64,000 nucleotides of DNA from Entomortierella parvispora E1425 (Eukaryota; Fungi; Mortierellomycota): assembly GCA_020891255.1 (NCBI GenBank), contig BQFW01000004.1:2418001-2482000 (forward strand), written 5' to 3'. Below, piece by piece: positions 1 through 10,756 of this stretch. The notes beneath the pieces are model-generated. The model ran no database searches. It was not told the DNA's origin and saw nothing but the letters and a program-made list of their open reading frames with translations. The translations under genes were made by a program, and so were the position numbers. The stretch's first letter is position 1, and every line of letters begins with the position of its first letter.

Positions 1-410
1 AGTCGGGTCAGTGGGTCAGTGGACCAGTCTGTCTGTCTGTCTGTCAAGGGAAGAGAGGTTGGGAAGATAGGGAAGGAGAGAAGGAGAACAAGAAGGAGAA
101 GAGGAAGAGGGGTAAAGAAGGGGGCAAGGCAGGGTATCGATTGAAGTGAACCAGATGGACTGTGACAGGCTGGGTGGCTATCTGTCTGTCTGTCTGTCTG
201 TCTGTCTGGCTGGCTGGCTGGCTGGCTGGCTGGATGGCTGGTTGGATGGATGGCTGTCAGACGCCCACCCGCTCGCTCGTTCGCTCGCCATTCCTTCAGG
301 GCGGATCCTTGCTCTGTTCTGTTCTCTGTTTCTCCCACTCCAGTCAGTGCTGTCGTGCAACCACGGACAGCCAGCGCCCTTTCGTCGGATGGTTGGTTGG
401 TTGGTTGGTT
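1..410. repeat. Compound tetranucleotide microsatellite region: (CTGT)n grading into (GGCT)n and (GGAT/GGTT)n, plus purine-rich tracts
   Basis: Directly visible at 26-43, 180-260 and 390-410. It explains the spurious low-complexity ORFs 146..826, 162..461 and 178..648. Confidence 0.9.
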
Positions 411-2269
411 GCTGGGAAGGAGATACGCTGTACTGTACCTCTCCTTTGCTGGATACAGTAGGGTGGACCTTGATCGTCTCTGCTCTCCGCCCTGTTCTCC
501 AAAGTCTGTTTTCATTACTCGACCATCGCCCGTCTCCGACCTGGAGACAACAAGTCATCTGCCAGGCACCCAAACTAACTGACCTCTCGGTCCCTCCTTC
601 AAACAAAACGCGAGCAAAGTCGAGGGAGCAGTGGACACCATCAGCCACAGGAACAGAGATGCACGATATTAGTCTGCCTGCCCTGTCCCTCGTGCTCCTC
701 GGTCATGGCATGCATTCCCCCCCTTCTCCAAACAGTACCCCTCTTTGCGCTCTCTTCTCCCCCCTCGCCCTTTCACTTTCTTTCTTTTTTTGCTCCTTCG
801 AACGTGTGGTCATCTCTTTCCTTTGACTGTCTCAACCTCGATGCTGTAGCGGGTCAGAAGATTTGGTCCGCTCTGCCCGTCTCCTTCGCTCTCCTTCCTT
901 TTGCATGCCTAGCTTTGTTGAACTGGTTGGCCCCTCCTGTCATTCATCGACCTCATCAACTGTCGCCGTGCAAACTATTTCTCCCTCCCTCAGGATCCAG
1001 CACGGAGCAATAAAGTAAAAAAAATCAAATGAATAGAAACTTTGTTGACGTCTTGTTGTTGTGAAATCGATTTTGCTAGAGGACTTTGCTGAGAACGACC
1101 GATCAAGAGGAGGGAGGAGTTCAGTAAGGCAAGTGGAAAACAAAGCGATCGCTCTCGCGTGTTTTTTTTGAAGAGCTTTTTGTCTCTCGTTCAAACTGCA
1201 TCCGGGACAAAATGGAAGACCGTCGTTTGTTCGTCCGTTTGTTCGTTCTTTTTTTTCGTATGTACGTTGTGCAATGGTTTTGTTTGGTAACGGTTCCTGG
1301 ACAAAAAAGTCCGCTCTGGTTTTATAGACGAAAGAACTCCAAGAGCGCGGTGCATGTTCATGACCTCCTCTATCTCCAACTTCAAGGGGTGCGCAGGTTT
1401 CTTTCCTCCTGCCAAGGCGCAGAAACTCCAGGAATTGGAGGAAAAGAGCGAGGGATTTTCTTTTTTCTTTTTTTTTTTGCCCTCTGTCCTCCCTTGGCGA
1501 TCACCAATCTCTTTCACTTTTCCGAGTTCCTTCTTCCTTTTCAGTTTCTTTTCTAACTGTCTTCGTTCTTCTGTTCAGAAAAAAATCGCGCGTTCTGGAC
1601 GCTAAAAGTTGATATGCTTAAAAATGCCTCACTTTTTTTTTTTTTTTTGCTTCTTGTCCCACCTCTTTCTCATATATTGATGAGGTGCAGGTTTCTTGAT
1701 TGCTCGTGCTTTTCAGTTTTTTTATGTTGTCCGACACACACCCAGACCAATATTCATCATCGGACTTTCAGTCCCGTTTGGTTGTCCAACGTTGTTTGGT
1801 GACCCTACCCCGGACAGCCCAGCAGCGGAACCTTTTATTTGCTTCGGGGGAGAAATGGGCGGAGAGTTGAGTACCGGTACTGCAGGTTGGGCGTCCGCGA
1901 CCCTGATGTCATCCAAACAAAGTATAGTTAACATCTTCTGCCACAAGCGACAACGCGTCCACATTTGTCGCCTACTGGGTCTACGTACATTCGCTCAAAG
2001 ACAAGATAACTCGCCTCTTCAGTATTTTGCATACGCCGTCCAAGGTACAGAAGCGAAGGAACTGACAGACTCCCACGGGCGCGAGAATGGTGGCAAAAAA
2101 AAAAAATCAATTTGTCACCAACACTGCACAGCCCCCCCTGTGGAAGGCGCGACCCTTTACGATGCAAACAAAAGTATCGCGTTCTTGGATCATTTTTCAT
2201 CTCTTCATCCTTTTCTCCCTCGCTTCACTTTACCCTTTCCCACACACTTATACAGTAAACACTTTCTCA

Positions 2270-3302
2270 ATGGAGCATTCAGCCCTTCAGCAATTGAACG
2301 GTACTCAACCTCTTGCCGAAGCAACCTACAAGCTTATTCTTGGTACGACTCTTCTCTCTTCTACTTGACCTAAAGCGATGAATTTCGAGATACTAATACT
2401 CCTCTATAGTTGGAGACGGCGGTACTGGCAAGACTACATTTGTTCAACGCCACTTGACAGGAGAGTTTGAAAAGAAGTACCATGGTAAGATGAGTATATG
2501 CCAACATTCAAGCAGATGATTTTTTTTGCCAGTAACTCTAAACAGCAATGTGCCCGACTCGACTCCTAGCCACCATTGGTGTGTCGGTTAGACCACTCTC
2601 GTTTTGGACTACTTATGGATTGATTTGCTTCGAAACCTGGGACACTGCAGGTCAGGAAAAGTTTGGAGGCCTCCGTGATGGCTACTAGTACGTATCCTCC
2701 CTTTTTTTTTGTGGCGACTTCTTTTTCGGCCAGTCATACGTCCCATTTCTATGCACACGATGAAAAGAGCGACCCAATGGAGAAAAACACAGCGGATGAA
2801 ATGACAGCAGCGACGACGAAGACCTAACAATAATCACAACACAAACGCCTCTACGCCTCCACGTATCCACCTTTTCAGCATCGATGGACAGTGTGCGATC
2901 ATCATGTTTGATCTCACCTCTCGCATCACCTACAGGAATGTTCCCAATTGGTACCGCGATATTGTCCGAGTTACAGACTCTGGCATCCCAATTGTCCTTG
3001 TCGGGAACAAGGTCGACGTCAAGGAACGCAAGGTCAAGCCGAAGCAGATTGATTTCCATCGCAAGAAATCGATCCAGTACTACGACATCTCGGCCCGGTC
3101 CAACTACAATTACGAGAAGCCGTTCTTGTGGTTAGCTCGTCGATTGACAGCCCGACCTGACCTGGAGTTTGCAGCGTCGCCGGCTCTGGCGCCTGCGGAG
3201 GTTGGGTTTGAAGTGGATGCTCAATTGGTGAGGGAGTATGAGCGTGCTTTGGAGAACGCCAAGGATGTGCCTCTTCCGGACGATGACGACCTTGATGCGT
3301 AA
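2270..3302 (+). CDS. RAN: Ran-family GTPase (divergent), 4 exons: 2270-2342, 2410-2484, 2570-2687, 2879-3302
   Basis: The spliced product has G1 [21 protein letters not shown]3 [18 protein letters not shown]4 GNKVD, G5 DISAR and the acidic Ran tail [10 protein letters not shown]. All three introns are GT..AG and restore the frame. Confidence 0.96.
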
Positions 3303-3862
3303 AGGATTTGCGCCCTTGGAATCTCGACGGAGCATTCCTTTCGTCCTTGAAAGAATCGCCTGATTCCTTGCTTGCCTATCCCTTCGCTCACTGCAGACAA
3401 CAACTCGACAACAGCTGAAATACGACAAGGATTTTTTTTTTCTTGCCCTCCAGGATCCATTCGGCAGCCACTCGGCAAAAAACTTGAGGTATTAATATCC
3501 GACGACCTGAACTCGAAAATCCCAATAAACTCGAACACCCGACAACTTCGACAACCCAGCAACTCAACAGCTTCGACAGCCCAACAACTCGACAATCCAA
3601 CAAATTTGACGATATGATATTCTGATATTCTGACGTTACAGTACAAACAACAGCCAGACCCGCCGATGCTTGACACCACGATGATTTTGACCTTTCAACA
3701 ACCAACTAGTTTAGTCTCATATTTTATTGGAAATAAAAAAGAAACTCCGCTTTATTTTATTCTAACTCTCACAGATGAAGATAGGTGCAATAATTAAAGA
3801 GTCACGTGACATTTGTGTGACGGAAACATAGCTTGTCTGAAATGATAACAGATATCTGAACA

Positions 3863-3934
3863 TCCCCGATAGTATAGTGGTGAGTATCTCCGCCTGTCAC
3901 GCGGAAGACCCGGGTTCAATTCCCGGTCGAGGAG
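3863..3934 (+). tRNA. tRNA-Asp(GTC)
   Basis: 72-nt cloverleaf with anticodon arm TCCGC-CTGTCAC-GCGGA, T-arm CCGGG-TTCAATT-CCCGG, discriminator G73 and a T-run Pol III terminator just downstream. The acceptor stem has one C4:A69 mismatch. Confidence 0.96.
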
Positions 3935-4976
3935 CTTCTTTTTGTTTTTGCCCATATGATGCCATGGGCTCCAGCTGCTGTTTGCGGGGCTGGCTCCCTA
4001 TGTCGAATGGCCTCCACTGTATTCTTTTGAGGAATCCAGCCGACGACCATGTCGTTGGCTAGTTTTTCAACCTCCTTTTGGGTCTCTGTATCCGTCGACA
4101 TTGATATCCTCTACCTATCGACTTTTTTTCCGCCGCCTAATCCACCTCCCCAACACGTCCATGACCGTCGACCCACCCCGTCTCGGCGCTTCCCTCTTGG
4201 CCATTCTACTAATTGGCTACCTTGGCAGTGCAGGACTCGCAGAGCTGGCCGTAGACAGGACCAGGATAGTTCAGCTGGACGACAGACAACTCAGCGGCAC
4301 GGGCGCTGAAATCTGGCGCACAGTCAAGGTGTCGGCGTAGATTTGGTGAACACGAGATCATACCTATCAAGTGACCATTGTCGACCGTCTTCATAGTACC
4401 ATACATAGTCCTCCGTTTTTCACTTGTCGGTGGTCAAGCTTTTTCGCTGGATCAGTCTGTAGTTGATAGACGAAAAGGAAGATGGTTGTCAGCTTTTAAA
4501 GAAGAAAAAAAGGGAAGCAGAGGGCTGGCCGATCAGCCTGAAGGGCGACAGGAGGAACAGACGATTTACATAGGTACAGATTCATTACGACTTTGCTTTG
4601 GCTTCTTCCCTCCCTGAGAAAGGGAAACCAAAAAAAAAAAAAAAAAAAAAAGGCATGGCACGCGATGCCTGGCCTTTTTTACCCAGTTGAGACGGTGTTG
4701 GTAGTCGGGCTGTTATTCTTCGCGTTCATAGACCAGCAAACTCTCCAGTCTACGCAGCTGATCTGAAGCAAAGCGCTCAGTGTTTTCCATCTTTCCATCC
4801 TGACATATATGCAAGGCTACCTTGATCCTGAAGAGGCACAGGTCCGTCGCCATAGTGAACGCGTCGAGGCTCTCCAATAGACCGTCACCTACCCCTGCCT
4901 CTCAAATTCAGACACTTTTTTTTTCAACTGGCCGACATCCTTTCAACGAGCCAGTTCATTAGATCTTTTTGTCCAA

Positions 4977-7539
4977 ATGGCGGTGTCAACACGTCGCAAA
5001 AGTGGCGCTGCCGCTGAACAACGGGATATCGGCGTCCGACAACTTCGAAGTGGCACCCGCACCGTCAAAACGCCCACCACGCCCAAATCAAAACCCAAGC
5101 CCGATTCAGTCCATGAGAAAAGGATGGCTCTCACCAACTCTGCCCTCCAACAACAAGAACGCCCTCCATTAGCAACAGCGAGTACAAATGCAAAAGTTGG
5201 TCAGAAAAGGAAAGCGGATCCAGAACCGTCCAAGACCAATTCAGTGGCGACCCCCGAGATTCGTCAAGGCAAACGCAAACTGGATGGGTTCGATCCTGTT
5301 TTAGAGGTCGCTGATGGAGGCATGTCTGACAGTGAAGAATCAGAAAAGGGGATGACTGATGAAGAAATGTCGGAGGACGACGAAGGATCGGAAGAGGGGT
5401 CGAGTGATGTTAGCATGTCGGACAGCGAGTCTTCGGATGATGAATACTGGGAGCCTCGAAAGTTGGAAGTATTTGAAAGCTTTGAAAGGTTGGACCGTAA
5501 ACTCGAAGACTGGGCCTATGCCAATGGATTTGAATTGACCCAGAAGAAGTCCAGCCCTCAACGAGGTAAGCAGCACAATTATCTCCCAAGCCAAACATGT
5601 TCCCTGTGCAATTCTGACCCGTGGAAAAAAAACCCCACCCCTGACCGCTCTAGTGACTTTTGCATGCAAGGGGAAAGTAACCGAGCCACATCGAGTTGCA
5701 ACATCCAAGCGCATCGGCTGCCCTTGTCATGTTGTTGTCTGTGCCTTAAAATCCGTTTTTAAATCGAAGGAAGCTCCAAGTTGGTACCTCACCACCATCG
5801 ATACCAATCACAATCACGCCCTCAAGGTCAATGAGGCTGAGCTCGACCGACTCCAACGTGTGCTAACCCCCGCGGAGCGCGAGTTCATTTATAAAAACCG
5901 GGAAATTCACAGAACGACGACTCAAATGATCGACTTTCTGAGCTACGATTTTCGATTCGGACTATTCGACGAGCGAACAGTCTCTCTCGCCCTTCGAGCT
6001 GCAAAACAGGCTGCAATCACCTATGACTCTGAGGAGACAGAGCTCCTCAGGCTGCTCGAGGAGAAGGCGAGCAAGGAAAAGGACTGGTTTGTTTCAAAAG
6101 AGTTGGATTCGGAGGGTCACCTTCAAAGGCTTTTCTGGATGACGCCTGTTCAGAGAACTCTTTACCGCCATTGCCACGACGTGGTCCTTTACAACAACCC
6201 TTTCAAAGCCGACCCATTTGACATGACGTTCTACATTTTTTTCGGGGTCGATAACCAAGGAAAGAATCGTCTGATGGGCTGCTCCTTGGTCTCTGACAGC
6301 AAAACCGAAGACCACGCTTGGATCCTGCAACAATTGTTAAAGGCCAACAATGGCCAGCACCCGGGTGTCCTCATTGTCGATGAGGATCCCGCGGTCGAGG
6401 CCGCATGCACCGAAGTTATCCCGCGTACAAATCGACTGATCTCTCTTTGGCATCTTGTGAACCATCTCAAAGCGAACCTGCATGGAGCCCTGACCGTCGG
6501 CTGGACAGATTTCTTGCCCGTCTTTTGGAAGACACGAAATTCAATCACGCAGGATGTTTTTGAGCGTCGGTGGAAGGAGGATGTCTTGGTCCTGGTCCAT
6601 GACGAACCATCCTCCGCCAAGTCTTACCTGCAACGCATCTATGACCGCCGTGAGCGCTGGGCCTGGCCGTGGGTTGGAACGACCTTCACCATGGATATGC
6701 AGTCGTCTCTAAGAGTCAAGAATGTGAATGTCAAGATTACAAAGGCTGTGACCGGCAAGTCTTCTCTTCCCGAGCTGCACGAATCGATTCATCGCATTTT
6801 AAAGGATGAGAACAGTTCTTTCCAGTACGCAGAGGTCATGCGAATTCCTTATATTCCAACCAATCCAGGCTATATTAATTCGGGAAGGTTTCCTTGTGTC
6901 ATTATTGCGAATCAAATCCTTGGGGCTTTCGCATTGGAGCAAATGAGAACAGAGATGAACCAGAGTTTCGGCTACCAAGTTGTTCTGAGCGAGAATGAAG
7001 AACATGATGACGGAACTGAAGTGAAGGAAGAAAAGCAAGAGGTAAGTTCAATGCTGCTGTTTCGATCGTTGTCAGAATGAGAAAAAAAAGTGAAAGGAAC
7101 TAACCATGTAACCGTTATTGTCCTTGATTAGATCGAAAGACTCGTTTTGGACGACAGTCGGAAAGCATTGCTCAAATCCTTGACCAAAAACATTGATCCA
7201 GCCTTGATTGAACAGGTGTTCCGTGTCGCCAGCAAGCTCGAACTCCATGAACCGGTGTTAGTAGCCCTCCTCAAAGACGGTTCCTATCTTTGTACCTGTC
7301 TGCTTTTGCAAAAGAGCGGGATCGTTTGTCGCCATTTCTTCCAATTGATATCGGAGGACGATCGATTCAAATACCATTTAAGTCTCGTTCCGAAGCGCTG
7401 GCACGGAGGTCGTTTTCAAGACAACCCTGACTTCAATGTTTCCAAAACACCATTTGTAGACCGCTCTCACCGCGAGCAAGTCTTAGCGGATATACCGGCT
7501 GACACGTATATGAAGCACAAAGTGCGGGTTCTCCTGTGA
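4977..7539 (+). CDS. MULE (Mutator-like) transposase-derived FAR1-like protein, copy 1; introns at about 5567-5651 and 7043-7131
   Basis: Basic and acidic N-terminus, then a FAR1/WRKY-GCM1-type finger (FACK..SKRIGCP..W..NHNH), a MULE core (LFWMTP..DVVLYNN..GVDNQG..W..VLIVDED..LWHL..QSSLRVKNVN) and a C-terminal SWIM finger (CTC..GIVCRH). Confidence 0.88.
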
Positions 7540-7893
7540 ACTGAGGGTCCACCAACGCGAGATACTTTTCTGAATAAAAAACAATAAAAAAAAAAAAGAA
7601 GGCTGGCATGGTACGCGATGACTGACTCTCTTTCCTATAAAACACGCCTGGATTATTTTGGAAGTCTGACGTGTCTTCAAGGCTGCTTTGATCCCGAAGA
7701 GGCACAGGCCTGAGGACCAGCTATATAGTGGACGCGTCAAGGATCTCAGCTTCTGTCTCTCAATAGATTCTGTCTCAGAATTGGCCGTCACCGACACATC
7801 AAATTCTGCAAAACCTGAATGCTTCGGCCAACATCGTTTTCAACTACCCTCATTACCTCATTAGATACTGCTCAAGATCTTTTTTCTGTCCAA

Positions 7894-9773
7894 ATGGCGG
7901 TGTCAACACGTCGCAAAAGAGGCGCTGCCGCTGAACAACGGAATATCGGCGTCCGACAACTTCGAAGTGGCACCCGCACCGTCAAAACGCCCACCACGCC
8001 CAAAACAAAACCCAAACCCAATTCAGTCCATGAGAAAAAGACGGCTCGCACCAACTCTGCCCTCCATCCAAACGAACGCCCTCCATTAGCAACAGCCAAT
8101 ACAAATGCAAGAGTTGGTCAGAAAAGAAAAGCGGATCCAGAACCGTCCATATCCGATTTAGTGGCGACCCCCGAGATTCGTCAAGGCAAACGCAAACTGG
8201 ATGTGTTTGATCCTGTATTAGAGGTCGCTGATGGAGACATGTCTGACAGTGAAGAATCAGAAAAGGAGATGACTGAAGAAGAAATGTCGAATGACGAAGA
8301 ATCGGAAGAGGGGTCGAGCGATGTAAGCATGCTGGACGGCGAGTCTTTGCATGATGAATACTGGGAGCCACAAAAGGAGGAATTCTTTGAAAGCTTTGAA
8401 AAGTTGGCTCGCAAGCTCAACAACTGGGCCTTTGCTGGAGGGTTTGAATTGACCCAGAAGAAGTCCAGCCCTCAACGAGGTAAGCAGCACAATTATCCCC
8501 CCCACCCCCCCACCCCCCTCCAACCGAAAGCCTCGTTCCTTCTGACCAGCGGACAAATCCATCCCTGGCCGCTCTAGTGACTTTTGCATGCAAGGGGAAA
8601 GAAACCGAGCCACATCGAGTTGCAACATCCAAGCGCATCGGCTGCCCCTGTCGTGTCGTTGTCCGTGCTTCAAACCCCATTCCAAAACCCAGTTCAAAGT
8701 CAAAGGAGACTCCTAGCTGGTACCCCACCACCATCGATACCAATCACAATCACATCCTCAAGGTCAGCGAGGCTGAGCTCGACCGACTCCAACATGTGCT
8801 GACCCCGGCGGAACGCACCGTTATTTATAAATACCAGCACATTATCGACACGACAACTCTAATGATCAACTTTCTAAACTACGATTGGCCATCCAGAATA
8901 TACGACGAGCGAACAATCTCTCTCGCCCTTCGAGCTGCAAAACAGGCTGCAATCACCTATGACTCTGAGGAGACAGAGCTCCTCAGGCTGCTCGAGGAGA
9001 AGACGAACAAGGAAAAGGACTGGTTTGTTTCAAAAGAGTTGGATTCAGAGGGTCATCTTCAAAGGCTTTTCTGGATGACGCCTGTTCAGAGAACTCTTTA
9101 CCGCCGTTACCGCGATGTGGTCCTTTACAACAACCCTTTCAAAGACGACCGATTCGACATGACGTTCTACATATTTTTTCTGGTCGATAACGAAGGCAAG
9201 AGTCGCCTGGTGGGCTGCTCCTTGGTCTCTGACAGCAAAACCGAAGACCACGCTTGGATCCTGCAACAATTGTTAAAGGCCAACAATGGCCAGCACCCGG
9301 GTGTCCTCATTGTCGATGAGGATCCCGCGGTCGAGGCCGCATGCACCGAAGTTATCCCGCGTACAAATCGACTGATCTCTCTTTGGCATCTTGTGAACCA
9401 TCTCAAAGCGAACCTGCATGGAGCCCTGACCGTCGGCTGGACAGATTTCTTGCCCGTCTTTTGGAAGACACGAAATTCAATCACGCAGGATGTTTTTGAG
9501 CGTCGGTGGAAGGAGGATGTCTTGGTCCTGGTCCATGACGAACCATCCTCCGCCAAATCTTACCTGCAACGCATCTATGACCGCCGTGAGCGCTGGGCCT
9601 GGCCGTGGGTTGGAACGACCTTCACCATGGATATGCAGTCGACTGAAAGAGTCAAGTGTGTGAATGTCAAGATCACAAAGGCGGTGCATGGTCAGTCTTG
9701 TCTTCCCGAGCTGTTCAAGTCGATTGATCGCATCTTAAAGGAGGAGAACGAGCACGTAGAGTATAAGGGATAA
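7894..9773 (+). CDS. MULE transposase-derived FAR1-like protein, copy 2; C-terminally truncated, no SWIM finger, possibly a pseudogene; intron at about 8480-8575
   Basis: Near-identical paralog of 4977-7539. It stops at TAA TAG (9771-9776). Homologous sequence continues out of frame to about 9985, and no SWIM exon follows. Confidence 0.8.
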
Positions 9774-10204
9774 TAGGGCATACCTCACCCGATCGAGGCC
9801 ATATTTTATTTGTTATTTCTGAAAGGTTTTCTCGTGTCATTACTGCGAATAAAATCCTCGGGGCTTTCGCACTGGAGCAATTGAAAACAGAGATGATCCA
9901 GAGACTTAGATACCGAGTTCTTCCGAGAGAGAAGGAATATGGAGAAGATGGCAGAACCGAAGTGGAGGAGGAAACGAACGAGGGTTGAGTGCTGCCTTTT
10001 CAAAAAAAAATGCATGCGTCGTTCTCGTTCTCCAGGTCTTGTCACAAACGCCTTCTTTAGATGCGAGCGTCCTGATCTAGTAACACCTGGAGTCAGGAAA
10101 CAAAAGTACTCTTTCTTCCCCTGTCCCCAAACATGAGGCGAGGCACAGTTCAGCCAAAAGTGAGGTCCCAGGAGGCCCCAGGACTCAAAAATAGCAAAAA
10201 GAAG

Positions 10205-10276
10205 CTCCTCGACCGGGAATTGAACCCGGGTCTTCCGCGTGACAGGCGGAGATACTCACCACTATACTATCGGGGA
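10205..10276 (-). tRNA. tRNA-Asp(GTC), identical to 3863-3934, inverted
   Basis: Its reverse complement matches the 3863-3934 gene at all 72 nt, and both share the trailer CTTCTTTTTG. Confidence 0.96.
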
Positions 10277-10756
10277 TCAGCTTGTTGAATGCCGTGGATT
10301 CTGAGATTCTCTGGTTCATGCTCCGACAAATTTGGTGGCGTAATAACAGTCACGAGATCATGGCATGCCCCTTAATTTGGACGTCAATGCCTCAGTCCTG
10401 CCCCGTGCGCGCAAGCTTACGAGGTTCAAAGACCTTTGGTTGGTAGGCGCGAAAACCAAGTACACGAAAGATCTAATAGTCCGAAGGAGGGCATGAAGAG
10501 AGGACACAGGGTTGTAGTGAGACGTGGCAAAAGAAATGAAAGGAAAAAAAAAGAAAAAAATCACACACAAAAAAAAAAGGAAGAGCGGCAACCTTGACGA
10601 GATAACAGACCAGAGATCCTGCAATACGCCAATTCAAGGGGTTCTCTTCATTCTTTTCATTCTTTTATTGCTTTAAATACACCGGAGGAAAAAAGAAGTC
10701 AAGTTTTTTTTTTTTTTTTGGTTGATCAGATATCTATGGTTTGTTTTTTTTCCTGT

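Larger units (their letters stand above)
4640..10200 (+). repeat. Tandem direct duplication with a unit of about 2.9 kb (about 4640-7590 and 7590-10200)
   Basis: Upstream blocks (GGCATGG.ACGCGATG; GATCC.GAAGAGGCACAGG; ACGCGTC) and the coding regions align at an offset of about 2917-2936 bp. Confidence 0.85.

Noticed and set aside
146-2373. Numerous ORFs of 60-226 aa upstream of Ran
   Set aside because: They are translations of microsatellites and poly-T/A tracts. No motifs are present and they overlap in all frames.
3395-3610. Imperfect CAACTCGACAA-like short repeats downstream of Ran, superficially array-like
   Set aside because: Unit length and spacing are irregular, with no constant repeat plus unique spacers. 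This is low-complexity 3' flank, not a CRISPR or satellite array.
3801-3810. Perfect palindrome GTCACGTGAC (bHLH/Cbf1-type site) about 50 bp upstream of tRNA-Asp, with looser versions near the other tRNAs and in the RPB10/UPF3 promoter
   Set aside because: A short motif expected by chance in 64 kb; there is no independent support for function.
3850-10290. The whole tRNA-to-tRNA segment as an active Mutator element with TIRs and a TSD
   Set aside because: There is no flanking 9-bp duplication, the inverted identity is limited to the tRNA plus 10 nt, and the catalytic residues are lost.
10370-10500. Resemblance to group I intron R and S elements (GTTCAAAGAC...AAGATCTAATAGTCC)
   Set aside because: No convincing P3/P4/P7 pairings could be built and there is no host RNA. 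Probably coincidental; an Rfam scan would settle it.
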